Shown one piece after another: positions 25,900 through 42,222 of a stretch of DNA of 64,000 nt (the first letter of the stretch is position 1; the number at the start of each line of letters is the position of its first letter). The stretch is from Octopus vulgaris (lineage: Eukaryota), in contig OX597817.1 in NCBI GenBank assembly GCA_951406725.2, positions 127,596,001 through 127,660,000 of the forward strand. Direction: 5' to 3'. The notes below the pieces were generated by a model, which saw only the letters and a program-made list of their open reading frames with translations, ran no database searches and had not been told where the DNA came from. The translations under genes and the position numbers were made by a program.

Positions 25900-26352
25900 T
25901 ATAGGCGCAGGAGTGGCCGTGTGGTAGGTAGCTTGCTAACCTATAGGCGCAGGAGTGGCTGTGTGGTAGGTAGCTTGCTAACCAACCACATGGTTCCGGG
26001 TTCGGTCCCGCTGCGTGGCATCTTGGGCGGGTGTCTTCTGCTATGGCCTCGGGCCGACCAATGCCATGTGAGTGGATTTGGTGGATGAAAGCTGAAGGAG
26101 GCCTGTCGTGTATATATATATGTATATATATGTGTGTGTTTGTGTGTCTGTGATTGTTCCCCTAGCATTGCTTGACAACCGATGCTGGTGTGTTTACGTC
26201 CACGACACTTAGCGGTTCGGCAAAAAGAGACCGATAGAATAAGTACTGGGCTTACAAAAAGAATAAGTCCCGGGGTCGAGTTGCTCGACTAAAGGCGGTG
26301 CTCCAGCATGGCCGCAGTCAAATGACTGAAACAAGTAAAAGAGTAAAAGAGT
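25900..26352 (+). mobile_element. SINE family A with a 42-bp duplicated head
   Basis: tataggcgcaggagtggcygtgtggtaggtagcttgctaacc twice, then a full body and tail. Confidence 0.9.
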
Positions 26353-26430
26353 ATAGATCGAAATAGTCCGCGGTTAGTACTTGTATATGCTTAATTCTCT
26401 CATAATTCCCATATGTATAATTCTCTCTAT

Positions 26431-26885
26431 AGGCGCTGGCGTGGTTGTGTGGTAATAAGTTTGCTTCCCAACCACATGGCTCCGGATTCAGTCCCACTGC
26501 GTTGCACCTTGGGCGAGTGTCTTTTACTATAGCCGCTTGCCGACCAAAGCCTTGTGAGATTATTTGGTAAATAGAAACCGAAAGAATTTAGTCGTATGTG
26601 TGTGTGTGTGTGTATGCATGTGTGTTTGTGTGTGCATGTATGCATGTGTGTTTGTGTGTGCATGTGTGTGTGTGTCTCTCTGTTTGAGTCTCTCCGCCAC
26701 CACTGCTTGATAACCGGTGTTGGTGTGTTTACGCCCCCGTAACTAAACGGGTCGGCAAAGAAACAGATAGAATAAGTACCAGACTTTAAACATTAATAAG
26801 CACTGGAGCCGAGTCATTCGACTAAAAGTTCAAGGCAATGCTCCAGCATGGCCGCAGTCTAAGGACTGAAACAAGTTAAAGAGAC
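26431..26885 (+). mobile_element. SINE family A (more diverged)
   Basis: Full head, body and tail homology. Confidence 0.85.
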
Positions 26886-27776
26886 AGAAGAGATATATGT
26901 CTTTTCTTTCTTTACATTCAACGTTACGTGAACGCTGCAGGGCAAATGGTTTCAACTACCATGCAATCTATCCCTACTCTGATTCAGATTATTTTATTTA
27001 GCCTACTACTTTTTTTTTATTTTGCAGAAGCTTTGATTGTAACACGCCAACAATATTCTTCTATATAATGGGTCAGTATGCCTTGGACGTTACTGCAATC
27101 TCATCTTTAAATTCTGAGTACTAATCTTCATATTAATTATATTGCACGGCGATTTGGTCAGTACATGATGCCTTTATATGTACATGATATCACCATGATA
27201 GCTTGAACTCCTGCTTGAGGGTTATAAATACAAATATCTAAGAGTTCTCTTGAGCACTTTTCCATTTAAGCAGGTGATAATTTGCTGTTTGTTTACATTT
27301 CATATACATTGCTGCATAGCTGATGTTATCAATAATATTTTTGTTTCCGAAATTTGATAATTATTTTTGGTTTGATTTTGCTTCTTTAGTATCTGTAAAA
27401 CAAACGTCCTAACAGCTGCTGAAAGAGAATGTAAGTAATTATTTATTCATTATTAGCAAAATTGATGGTTCGTTACTTCGTAGTAAATACACTTCTTCGT
27501 ATCATAAATATTTTAAGATCACCTCTGTAGTATTCTTATCAATAATAGTTGAATACAGATTTGTAGCTGTAGAAGTTGGAACGAATTAATATTCTCTTGA
27601 AACCATTCACTGAGAATACTTTTTTATATTCTCCTTTTTGCGCGTTCATGGTATGTTGTAGCTATGGCGGATACTACGATGAGTGGTAGACAGATGATGA
27701 CAATCGGCCTTTCCATGACTGAACATTGTGGCCTCCATTGACTGAAGGTCATTTGTTGATTTTCATGATGTGATAA

Positions 27777-28146
27777 TTGGCAGTATATTTTATATACTTA
27801 CCCGGCGTTGCTCGGGTGTGTTTCGACCCTTTAGAATTGGAATTTTTGAAAATTAAAAATGTTGTATTATGTAGCTTGTTATTCTCTTTAAGTGAAATAC
27901 ACTGAAAAATGGCGACACAGCAGTCAAAAACCCGTAAAAAAAAGGGATTTTCATTAAAAAAAAATCATCTTTTTGATGTAAATAATTTTTGGGCTTAACA
28001 TGGTCCGATTTGAATTGAGCAAGCTTTCTTCTATCATACTCTCTATTTTGGTCAAATTACGCCGCAGGGTCTCGGAGGAGACAGTGTTAGTTGAAGGCTA
28101 CCAAACCTGCCAAACACAGACAACTTCAGCTTTATATATAGAGAGA
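27777..28146 (-). mobile_element. Non-autonomous Helitron-like element, copy 2
   Basis: Reverse complement of 1744-2130, with hairpin cccgagcaacgccggg. The 3' CTAG has decayed. Confidence 0.85.
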
Positions 28147-28539
28147 TTTATGTAGGAATATAATTATTATTAGCAACTGCACTAATGCCTTTAAATCTTT
28201 CGGTTCCTGGCGTAAAAGACTTTTTCATGATATATCATTGACAACTGGACAGAGATGGTTTCAATATATTTTAATTATATTTGTATAAATACAGAGGGAT
28301 TCTGTCCCTTTTTGTTATATCATGGTAATTTTTCTGACGCTTTTCTAAAGTTTTTCACTGTTTTCATGTTAAGTAGCGTTATTTGTATTGATTCTCAGCA
28401 CAATAAATATTGGTGAAACATTTTCTTCAATGAGCGCAAGAAATTTCAGGCAATGAACTCTAGAGTCAAGCTTACATCTACTTATGTCAGTTGTGTATAT
28501 ATGTATAGGTAGGTGTCTGTTTGATTTCTAATTGATCTC

Positions 28540-31035
<2,496 letters not shown>

Positions 31036-31329
31036 TCAATGTTCATATAAACAAGAAGCGACTGACTTCAAGTTAAAAACTTATAAAATGATTTTTCATA
31101 TTTCCATAGTAGTCCTGAATGCTTCGTTTGATACAATGATGTTTCTCTTGCTAGATCCATTAGTTTTTGCAGAATGTCTAGGCTTCACCTTCTGAACAAA
31201 GTGGTGATACTGGTTCATTGCTACCACGATTTTATAGTTGGTAGCAAGGGAGCAGGATCAGTCACAATAATATTCACGAGATAACTTACTTCCTACTTGA
31301 TAAATAATGCAGTAATCTACAGCTAAGTG

Positions 31330-31650
31330 ATGGCCCATGGCTCAGTGTTTAGAGCCACGAGCTCACAAGCATGAGGTAGTGGGTTCGATTGCCGAAACGG
31401 GGCTGTGTTGTGTTCGGAAGCAAAGCAGTTTATTTCACGTTGCTCTAATTCACTCATCTGTAGAAATGAGTTGTAACCTCACTGGTGCCTGGCTGCATCG
31501 ACCCTTGTCTTTTTCTTGGCTAATATTGGTGGCATGGAGAAAGGAGTCCGGTATGCATGAGCGGCTGCTGGTCTTCGAATATGTGCATCGGAGGAAGAAC
31601 TTTCTAAGGGCAATTCCATGGTCATTCATGATCGAAGGGGAAACTACTCT
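31330..31650 (+). mobile_element. tRNA-derived SINE, family C
   Basis: A box tggctcagtgtt and B box ggttcgattgcc. Homologous minus-strand copy at 41905-42222. Confidence 0.8.
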
Positions 31651-32690
31651 TTTTTAAACTGCAACTTTCACAACAATCGTTTGTTCTCATCTCTCTTCTC
31701 TCTTTTTATTTGTCTTTCCTTTATACTTGTCCCTCTCTCATGTTTCATTTCATCTAAATTCTTTTCCGAAGAAATTCAGACCTGTTCACGCATTTTTGAT
31801 CTGTTTTTATCACAGTTCGTATTGTGTGACGTAAGTCATATATCCCTATATTCTTATTCGCTTTGCTACCTCTTTCATTCTCACCTTCTCGGTTTTTCTC
31901 GTTGACACTAACTCATTCTTTCTGCCTCTCTGTTTCTTTTTGATCCCCTCTTTCATGTATCCTCTATTCCAAGGAAAGTTACAGCTTTATCCCTTATTTA
32001 GAACTTACAAATTGAAGAGGAAGAAGAATTTGAAGAAAAATTGTAATTAGCTGAGACTCCTTAAAGATTAATCTTATGGATGTCTATGGCAAAATAATGG
32101 AAGGATGACATAAAACTGTCAGAAAGTAAATTGGGAGTAATGGATTCTTTAATATCAGTCAATATTCCTTGCGAATATTTTAGTAAGGCTAGGCTCCAAT
32201 ATTAATACAACACGTTCCGCATATCCAAAATAATTTTTACGTACTTTTCTTCATAAATCGATGTAAACATGCTTACATACATTCAAACACACATATGTGT
32301 ATATTTGTATGTATGCACGTATGTATGCGTATATGTGTATATATATGTATGTATGTCCACTTTTGTTTTTAGTCTTTTTTATTTAATTTCACTTCTAAGC
32401 AAGGAGCTGATCGATACAAAGCGCCTCGTTGGAATGTAGACAACGAAAACAAAGTCATATTTTAAACTTGAGTAAAGTGTTGCATATTTTTACTGTTCCA
32501 CTTAGAGATTGAATTTGTAATGTGCGAGCAGTTGATTGATTTCTGTTTTTGAAATCCGAAAGTTATTCAGATTGTCAATTAGGCATTTACTCATAAAACC
32601 GAAAGCACCCAATTATTTTTGATATAAATGTGAATTTATAATCTGGATACAGAATCTAGAGGTTCAGAGCAGTTGCCCATTCGTGTATAA

Positions 32691-32840
32691 ATGTATGTAT
32701 GTATGTATGTATGTATGTATGTATGTATGTATGTATGTATGTATGTATGTATGTATGTATGTATGTATGTATGTATGTATGTATGTATGTATGTATGTAT
32801 GCATGCATGTATGTATGTATGTATGTATGTATGCATGTAT
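32691..32840. repeat. (TATG)n microsatellite
   Basis: Seen directly. Confidence 0.95.
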
Positions 32841-35771
32841 TTCTGACGATATTTATATATTAGTTGCTGGTTTATTTCTAATTTCAAAAATCTGCTGCAG
32901 GAAAAGAAATAGTTAAATTGAAGAACATTAATATTACCTGTGATGAAATCTTAATAAGCACAAAATCGGAAATTATGGGTCCTGGCGGACAGAAGATTAC
33001 ACTTCCACTATAATACACTGGAATTTATTTATCTCCACCTGAAAGATGGACAGCAAAAATTACCTCGAATTGATTTGTGCTGAAAACTTGAAGGTACATT
33101 AATAGGCCTACATTTTTAGCCCTTTAAAGTTCGTAATCTGTGATAATTTTCTAAGATTATCTGTAATAATATTACCAGCTAGAGCTGACCTTGATGCATC
33201 TATTTAAAGTACTGACGAATACTTGGAGAGAAGTTTTTAACCCATTGGATAATGAAGGCATATATATGCAATAACTCACTAAAACGGCATGATAGTAAAA
33301 TCTGCAATATATTTTATTGAAAGCCCAGTTACGTAATGGTGTAACATTTAACATGACGTGTCGAAATATTAATTTCTTTAATATTCTTGTTGTTGGACTA
33401 TCACATTCCTATTTTCATGAATTTTTGTTCTTGGTAAATATTCATTGATAAAACTACATTATTCAGTATCACTTTGTAGTTTAACCAAGGTCGTATGATC
33501 AACTAAGCCAGTAATTAGGCATCTATGAAACAGGTTTCAGCAGTAACAAAACGCAGCTTTAGGCGTCATGACTTGTGATTGACTTTCAAAGCAGAAATAT
33601 ATCACTATTATATCATGCTATAACTAAAATGCATGCAAACAAGTGGCAGTTCATTAACAGGATTATTGAAGAAATTATCATTTTGAAAAACAGGTCAAAC
33701 ATTTCGTCATCAACAGACTAGGTCTATATTTAAAGGCATAACATATTTGACAGTCTTGTCTGTCATATTGGGCAGTGTATATTTAAGACTACATTATTTA
33801 AAGTGCTCTTGTTTTTGAACCCAATATGTTGCTTTTGAGCTTGTATGAAATCCCTGATTCAAAGTACCCTTAACCGTGGATCGAATACATGATCCATAAT
33901 CAAAGATATTCTCATGTGGCAGTCATGTTTTTTATTAAGATAAAATGTATTCATTAGATCTAGGAGTACATCGTCCAATACATGTGTCTCTTCATTCACT
34001 GTTTGCTGCCTCTCTGTTTAGAAATTTCTTAATACAAATTTGTTTGGGCCCTGCCATTTATAAGATTAATACTAGCATACGTGAAGTGAAATTACTATTC
34101 AAATAATTGATGCCAAAAATCTACTCAACGTTTCGTTTCATCAAGAATTTACTTGTTGGTCTGTATCACTTGAAATAATATTATGTCCAGCATACCGGTG
34201 TTAAAACAAAATATACGTTGCAAGATTATAAAATCTAATTTAATGTTCCGCAGAAAGCTGCATTGTTCTCTAATTATGAAAGTTTTCTGATGGTTAAACT
34301 TAGGTCAGGTGGATATAATTATGATGGCAATGAAATTACTACAGAAACAATAAAGAAAAATAAAGAAAAAAAAAAGAAAATGAAAGAAAAAGACCAAAAA
34401 AGAAAATACTAAAATTCAAAGAAGAGAAGAAGCAAATAACTATATAAACGAAAGGAAAAACAGAGCTGACCTTTCGCAAACATAATTTTTCTTTAGACAG
34501 TGTTTTACTTGTTACTATGGTTACAGATACTATAGAGACGGGTTGGATAAAAAGAGAACAATAAATTTATACATAATCAAAATTAAATAACAATGATTTG
34601 AACCAAAGCAGTGCTAGATAATAAGTGGCCCGAAAGATCTCTGAGAGATATTAAGTTGCTTTTGCATTTTCATATCTGTACAATAAGATCTGTCAACAGC
34701 ATTTTAACTGCTTGTTTCTCTTTAAGGTTGTTGCATAGTTAGTTTTAGTGTGAGACAAGAAGTGGGGAAGATTAGAGAGAAAGAGCGTATTTCTGAGATG
34801 TAATTGAATTATTGACTGAAGGATATGTCGCCAAAGCACTGAAAAGATGATGGTAGTAGAGGGAGTCGGTTATGAAAAAAGTGCAGCTAACCTCAAGCTC
34901 TGATGTATTGACAAGCGAATAAAAAATAAAATTTAATAACAGCGACAACAACAATAACAGCGGCAGTAAAATAACATCTTTAATTCAATTAAAAACTGGA
35001 AAGTAATTAAGAATCGTTTTAGTGTTGTGATTAATAGTAATCTCTTTTTTATGTAGAAAATGTTGCCGCTGTTGTTTAACTATAAGTCAGCTCTGATTTA
35101 ACAAATTTATAATCAATAGCGTTCCAGCTCCGACCATCTCGTCTTTCTTTTAAGATAGAATATACCTGGAATTACGCTATCAAACGTGTCTTTTTGTCTT
35201 GTGGTTTGTGGAATATATAGGAGCTACTTTTAACAGATGGAACGACCACATTGAGGTGCTGTCGTTGATGCGCGATTGTAATAGAATATAGCTAGAGACC
35301 CAGTAATATTTATTTCTATCACTTTTCAGCATGAGTCCAAATTAGGCTAGGTGTCTTTGTTATTTTTCACACGCTCATTCAGTGGTCAATAAAATATATA
35401 AGTAGCAATAAAATTATTTAATTCATGTGCATTCATTTCCACTAATAAAGATGGAATAAAACACAATAAAGCCTTGATTTAATTCATGTTAAACCTAGAT
35501 TTAAATGAATTAACAATTTAAATTGCAAATGAAATTTTAAATTGATGAAAATAAAGTTGTTCTTCAGTTCAAGTGCGAATCACAAATTCAAATCCTCTGT
35601 TATTGGCATTTTGAGTTATGAAAAGAACTCAGTTTTATAAATTTGACGAAAACAAAAATATTAAATTCGTTATGTTTTCTGATCAACAATAATTATCAGT
35701 GGTTTTTTCTTTAGTATGTAAATTAAAGGTACTTTTCCAGAAATTGAATGCATTAATATGTGAAATATATA

Positions 35772-36900
35772 CGGGCTATTTGGACTAAATTTGCCTATTT
35801 CTTATTACCTTACCTGTTTTCAGAAATAACATGGTGTATTGGAAAACGTAAACATTAAAGTTGTAGTTTAGAAAAACGTTTGCTTACTATATATACATGG
35901 AGGACTGGAAACCATCTGAATATTAGAAAAGTGTTACCTGGATTATGAGGATTCGCACCAGGTATCGAAATGCCAACACTATGACTGCTGTTCAATTCTC
36001 TGTGAACAATATAAAGGCTGTAAGAAAGTGACATGGACAGCTGCAAGGTAGACTACGAAGTCATGGCCAGCGGGGATTGACATCGTTGACGTTCTGACTG
36101 CGTCCGCACGCTGGAATTCATCCAACAGCTGCGGGACAAGGTAATGGAAGATCAGATCAAGGGGATCCGGGCTTGGGCGAGAGAGATGGGTGTTGGAATT
36201 ACTACCATAAAGCTAGTCTTCAATGAAAAACCCTCGTTACCACTCGTACAAGACGCGCAAGGGACAAGATCTGACAGCCAAGGCCACGAAGAATTACCTG
36301 ACGAAGGTAAGGAACCTCCTGAACAAGCTGAGTCATTCTATTGACCTGGAGATAAATTGGCTCTTCTCAGATGAAAAGAATTTCTGCGAGAACCCAGAAC
36401 AACAAGTGGCTTGCCTACAATCCATGTGATGTCCCAGGTATCATAAAAACTAAGTTCCTCCAAATTGTGAGAGACTAAGTGTGTATCTCCAGTAAGGCTG
36501 ACTCCATGATGCCCCAGATCTTTGAATAAGGACTTAGGCACAATTCAGAGAGCTATGTGAACCTATTGGAGATTGTGATCAAACCATGGCTGGAGAAGGT
36601 TGCTGCTTGAAGGCCGTGTGTGGGCCATATATGAAGGGGCATGATTTCTCCGGAAAGAGTCAGAAATGGTTATCGGATGATGTTTACAACTTCACCAGTC
36701 CCAATTCCTTGTCTCCTAAATTCCGCGATTGTAAGCCCATGGGTTACTATGTGTGTGACGTAGTTGAGAGAGACACAAACCACTCTACTTAAATACCAAG
36801 GCCACGATAGTAACCGAGATCATAGAGATATAGCATATTGACAAGCCTTTTACATTCTATCTGAAAAATGAAAATTTTTGTTTTCATGTAAGTTTCAGAA
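35772..36900 (+). mobile_element. Highly degenerate mariner/maT-like transposon
   Basis: TA-cgggctattt start. Fragments LFSDEKNF, PWLEKVAA and SQKWLS..F.SPN.LSPKFRDCKPMGYYVCDVVERDTN (cf. WPPxSPDxNPxDYxxW). Confidence 0.75.
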
Positions 36901-37944
36901 TTGAACCAAGACCCATCTGTTAAAAATGGATAATTTAAAATAACTGGAATTGAAATGTTCGATTCTGATTGGAACTGATAACCAACCACATTATCTGTAG
37001 TCTAGAGATAACATTCCAGAGACACCATAACGTAAGTTAATGGTAAGGATTTACAGCCCTCTTCCTTTCATGAGCTTCTTTACTCTATATGCATTCCTCG
37101 TAGCTTATGTTTCCATTAAGATTACATCTCTACAACAGACATTACAAGACTTGTTGATCTTTCATGCTACTGATTTAGAAACTGTTTTGATCTATTAACC
37201 TTTTTGCTTTATAATCTGTCTTCAGTGTTCATACGTCATCCAACGTTGTGCAAAAGAATAAATTACATGATGTTACAGAATATAACGGTTCCTTACATTG
37301 GCAAATGGTCAGAAATTAGTAACTGAACATGATCATAACCATCATCATCATAATCACTACAAATCTTCTTTTAATCAGGAAGTGATATTTAGGTGGTGTT
37401 CAACCATATCGATGCTTCCTCGTTTAGAAATTATCTTAGGATGGTTGTTATGGCCTATTTCCGGTTGTTCATAAAGAAATGTCTTTGCCCGCACATTCTA
37501 CGTACCTCTTTTACTACATGCTTGACATCGTTTATGGTTCATGGTTTGTTTCCAGCGTGGTCTTTTCTGACGCTCTTTCGTGACCAGTGATGTATAATCA
37601 CTTTATGTTTCAACGTTGAATAATCCATTTGATGCACATAGCCATCACTAGCGCACCTTTATCTCTGAACTAGTTTCAAAATAGTCTTCTGAGTAAAGCA
37701 ATTTCGTCGATTAGGATTATTGTACCTTTTGACATTTCAGTCAAAGCTTTCATAGAATGTGTCTCATTTGAAAAAACTTCCGCTACGTCAAAATAAATCT
37801 GCTGTATTATATATGATAGGTACGATAAAGGAATAAATCAATGCATTCGAGAAACGAATGTGAATTTCTGTTTTATTTTAGCTGTTGTTGTTATTGATTA
37901 GCACCAAGTTATCTGATCAAGCAGACCTGTGACCAGACAATATA

Positions 37945-38172
37945 TTAACCGTTTAGCATTTAGATTTACTCTGTCAGATGAAATAACATATTCATTCACA
38001 TTTTAAAAAAATAACCATGCTTTATCTCGCTGCTTCACGATTTTGATCTTGGGAGTGTTTATTTTTTGCAATGATATTGTAAGGTAGATTTGAAAGACCA
38101 GATTTGGTTGGTTTGAACATAAAATATTCGAATATCTGGATCGGATATGGCCGGTTAAATGCTAAGAGGTAA
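37945..38172. mobile_element. piggyBac-like MITE (degenerate)
   Basis: TTAA-ccgtttagcattta ... taaatgctaagagg-taa terminal inverted repeats. Confidence 0.65.
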
Positions 38173-38400
38173 GTGAATAACTTCTACTGCGTTATCTAAA
38201 GTGCTCTTCCGATGTTAAGGTAGATAACTGCAAATCTGAACGGGCAAGTAGAGGTTCCTCGCATGAAGTTTTGAAGATTGAATTTTCTTTCTAATAAGTG
38301 GTTTCTCGCATGGATGCGCATGTATTTTGCAGAGGAAGACAGAGTTTTCACACAAGTAAATACCTATATATACACACGCGCACGCATGCACACACACACA

Positions 38401-38450
<50 letters not shown>

Positions 38451-39657
38451 CACATGCAGAGCCAAATTTAGAGAGAATATTGGATATAACTAGACATTTT
38501 ATCCCGTTTTTTAGTATTTCTGACCCTCCGCCATTTTTAATCTTCACAAGATTGCGACTCAAAATGTCTTAAGGCGGATAACAATAATTCGAACATATCT
38601 TTTCTTTCACATACGATTTAGGTGACGATCGATAGTTTTAAAGGATTATACACAAAAGTAAAATAGTATTTGTGATGCGACTCAGTAAATCTTTTAAATA
38701 TATATTCTGTAGCTAATATTTATAGTAATACTTAGTATAAAGTTGAACAAATGAAATCCAATTGAATTAACGAAAATGATGACGAGGTGTAATTGGTCTA
38801 ATTTCAGTTTCAGCTGCCAAAGAACTTTGTAATTACATGTAATGTATGTAATTAGTTTAGAAGGAAATTTTCATTGAAGCAGTTTTGTGTTGTGTACATG
38901 CTATTGGTGTCTTACTGAAGTCTAATCATTATCCCGTAGGGAGTTGTCCTCGAAATACAAGGAAACCTTGGAATTATATACTGCTCAAATAAGAGAAATG
39001 CTAGTGGGGAAAGTAGAGGTAAGTTATAGAAGAGGCGATAATAATTACAGGGCAATAAATAAACGTGAAGTTATTACAGATATTTAGTGCTTTCGGTAAA
39101 CGTATAATCAGTTACTGGTTGTGTGAAATGGTAACTATCAATACTGATGAGAAATGCTTTCGTTAAACGATGAATATACCCACCAGCAATAACACAAGCG
39201 AGAGAGCTTATTGATGGTTGCAAAACGTGCCTAAAATAGAGAGCAGATCTCCTCAGAATGAGGTATGTAATATTAAAAGATGAACAACATGTTCGATAAT
39301 GTTCTGTTTTATATACAGTAATGAAAGAAACAAAAAGACGTAACGGTATTAGTAAGAATGGTTTTGATTAAAGGTTTGGTGTATTGGAGTTAACTATTGC
39401 ATAAAAGCAAAAATCAACAGCAACGTGAGAGATTATAGTATATGATCTGAATAGATAATATGTGGATAAAACTAAACATCCAATGGATCCATGAAAAATA
39501 TGGAAACATTATATTGATAATGAAAACGCATGTATGCGTGATGTGAGTGTATATGTCTATATATATTTATATATTTCTAGATAAATCTGTGTACATACAC
39601 CCCCCCCCCACATATATATATATATAGATAGATAGACAGATACATTGATAGATATGC

Positions 39658-39690
<33 letters not shown>

Positions 39691-39716
39691 TGTATGTATG
39701 TATGTATGTATGTATG

Positions 39717-39769
<53 letters not shown>

Positions 39770-39772
<3 letters not shown>

Positions 39773-40098
39773 CGAGTTAGAAAACAGATATCTAATGGAT
39801 ACAAATTAATTAATTAATTAATCGACATATTCACCTACAATTGTTTCATTTCACAAACAAAATTAGAATTACAAACCATATATAAATATATAATTTTGCA
39901 TTTTAAATACCATGTATGGATAATCATCAGGGTGTACAAAGGACAATAAGGATTACATTAGGATACGTTTGGAATCCCCCGAATATATAGACATATTTAT
40001 TATGTGTATATGTAAACTTATATATACATACATAATAAACATGTCTATATATTCTGTGAATTCCAAATGTATCATCCTTATTATCCTTTGTACAACCT
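39770..40098 (-). mobile_element. PLE-like end: partial fold-back plus hammerhead, abutting (TA)n
   Basis: 39931-40012 and 40021-40098 are imperfect inverted arms. A hammerhead lies immediately downstream on the minus strand. Confidence 0.7.
39829..39937 (-). ncRNA. Type I hammerhead motif (C3-G8 core)
   Basis: Minus strand reads cacc-CTGATGA-~76 nt-GAAA-caattg-TA-ggtg. Same loop III as 14.7 kb; stem II is weak. Confidence 0.6.
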
Positions 40099-40553
40099 AT
40101 GTATGTATATATTTATAAACACATTTTATAACGCATAAACACATACATGTATATATATACACACACACTCTCTCTCTCTCACTTTCTCTCTCATGCACTC
40201 TCTCTCACACACACATACATGAAGAAGGAATATAAAAGCAAAAACAAAATTATTAGGTTGACGCACAAATAAATAAATAGATAAATAAATAAACAAAGCG
40301 CTAATCGTTATGATGATTCTTCCTTTCTTTTCTAAACGCTAAGAATGTTAATGTCTGAGACATCATAACAATTAGTTCTTTCCGTTTCTCTGAAAATCAA
40401 ACTAATAACAATTACCATCGTGAATCTATCCCGTCTTGCTTTCTTTTTCAATTCGGGTAAAAATGTCTTGTTTTACGCCTTATACTCGCCGCTCGCTCGA
40501 GTGGCTCACCCACTTCCATCTTCCCATTTCACTCAAACACAGGAATATTTATG

Positions 40554-40608
<55 letters not shown>

Positions 40609-40746
40609 AAACACATACTCACACACACACACAAATAGTGAGGGCATGTGTGTAAAATATATTCATATACGAACACAACAGACATGCTCATATCTGTATA
40701 TTCAAGTTTCTGTATTTGCATATATTTATACTTTAGATACGTTTAT

Positions 40747-41143
40747 AGGCGCAGGCATGGTTGTGTGGTAAGAAGCTTGCTTCCCAACCACATGGTTTCG
40801 GGTTCAGTCTCTCTTCTTGTCACCTTGGGCAAGTTTTTTCCTGCTATAGCCTCGGGCCGAACAACGCCTTGTGGGAGGATTTGGTAGACGGAAACTGAAA
40901 GAAGCCCTTAGTGCATATATCGTATCCGTGTCGTATCTGTGTTTGTCATCGCCATCATCGCTTAACAATTGTTGTTGGTGTGTTTGCATCCTCGTAACTT
41001 AGTGGTTCAGCAAAAGTGACCTATAGAATAAGTACTAGGCTTAAAAAAATAAAAACTGGGGTTGATTCATTCGACTAAAGATTCAAGCTGGTGCCCCAGC
41101 ATGGCTGCAGTCCAATGACTAAAACGAGTAAAAGATAAAAGAA
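40747..41143 (+). mobile_element. SINE family A
   Basis: Full head, body and tail homology. Confidence 0.85.
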
Positions 41144-41904
41144 ATTATTTCGCTCTGATGAAAACTCCCTTTCTGTTTGTTGACAGGAGAGCAATAAATT
41201 TTGTCACTTTTTATTTCCTTAAGCTAGTATTTCCTTAACTGGTACTCTTCATCACTGGCAATCCTGAATAATCACCGGATTCGTTTATATCCATATTTTG
41301 GATGAATATTGCTTATATCTGTCCTTTGCTATCACCACCGCAAACGAGGTGCAACTGTTTTCATTCAAAATATTCAGCTGTTTTATATTTGAATGCTTGT
41401 TGAGAATTTTTATTTGTTTCCCTATGTTCTTGTACTCGATGAAGCATTTCTTGCATTTCTCGCCAGACCGCAAATTACTGCACTGCATTCATCTTTGCAT
41501 TTTGTGCAATACTAGTCAGCTAGGACACAAAGTAGCTCATTTTAAAGCAACGAGACTGCCACTGCTGAAACAGTGTACACTTACAGTAAGCAGCATATCC
41601 GGCTATGATTCTAACTCGCACAATTCCATACGTCTTGTGTATTCTATACTCTTTCTACAATGTGACTCCTCCATATTTACTTTACAAAGTACGCTCAACA
41701 ATCCGATAAAGCGATTTTGATGAAGTGGAAATTAGTTATAGTAAAATCAAGGTTTTGCTTCCTAATAATAATTTGGTTTAGGAACATGATCGATTCCTTC
41801 ATATGTCACCTAGATTTTCCAGTCATTACTAGTTTTTCAGAGAAGCAAATTAAACTACACTGTGCTCGAGACCGCCTCTGGTTCTATGACACAAACTCTT
41901 TTAG

Positions 41905-42222
41905 AATGGTAAAGAGCGCCTTTGGTCATGAATAACCATGAGATTACACCTAGAAAGTTCCCTTCTGAGACAAAACTGGGCAAAGTTGCTTATTGAAAAC
42001 CAGCAGTCGCCCTTGCATACCAGCTTCCTCCCTCCTGTCCACCGATGTTATCTAACGGAAAGGTCGATACAGCTTGGCACCAGTGACGTTGCAACGCAAT
42101 TCTATAGCTGGAGCACCGTGAAATAAGGTCTCTTGCTCAAAAGTACAACACACAGCCAGGAATCAAACCCACTACCTCATGATTGTGAGTCCGACGCTAT
42201 AACAACGGAACCATACGCCTTC
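41905..42222 (-). mobile_element. SINE family C
   Basis: Reverse-complement homolog of 31330-31650. Confidence 0.8.

Noticed and set aside
26960-28480. Possible ancient hAT transposase relic around the Helitron copy
   Set aside because: Only vague similarity; no translatable diagnostic motif.
31330-31400. tRNA gene
   Set aside because: A and B boxes are present, but there is no good cloverleaf and it continues into a SINE body with a second copy.
39145-39170. CTGATGA-gaaa-tgc-tttc (also CTGATGA at ~7645 and ~41155)
   Set aside because: No GAAA after stem II and no stem I, so chance matches.
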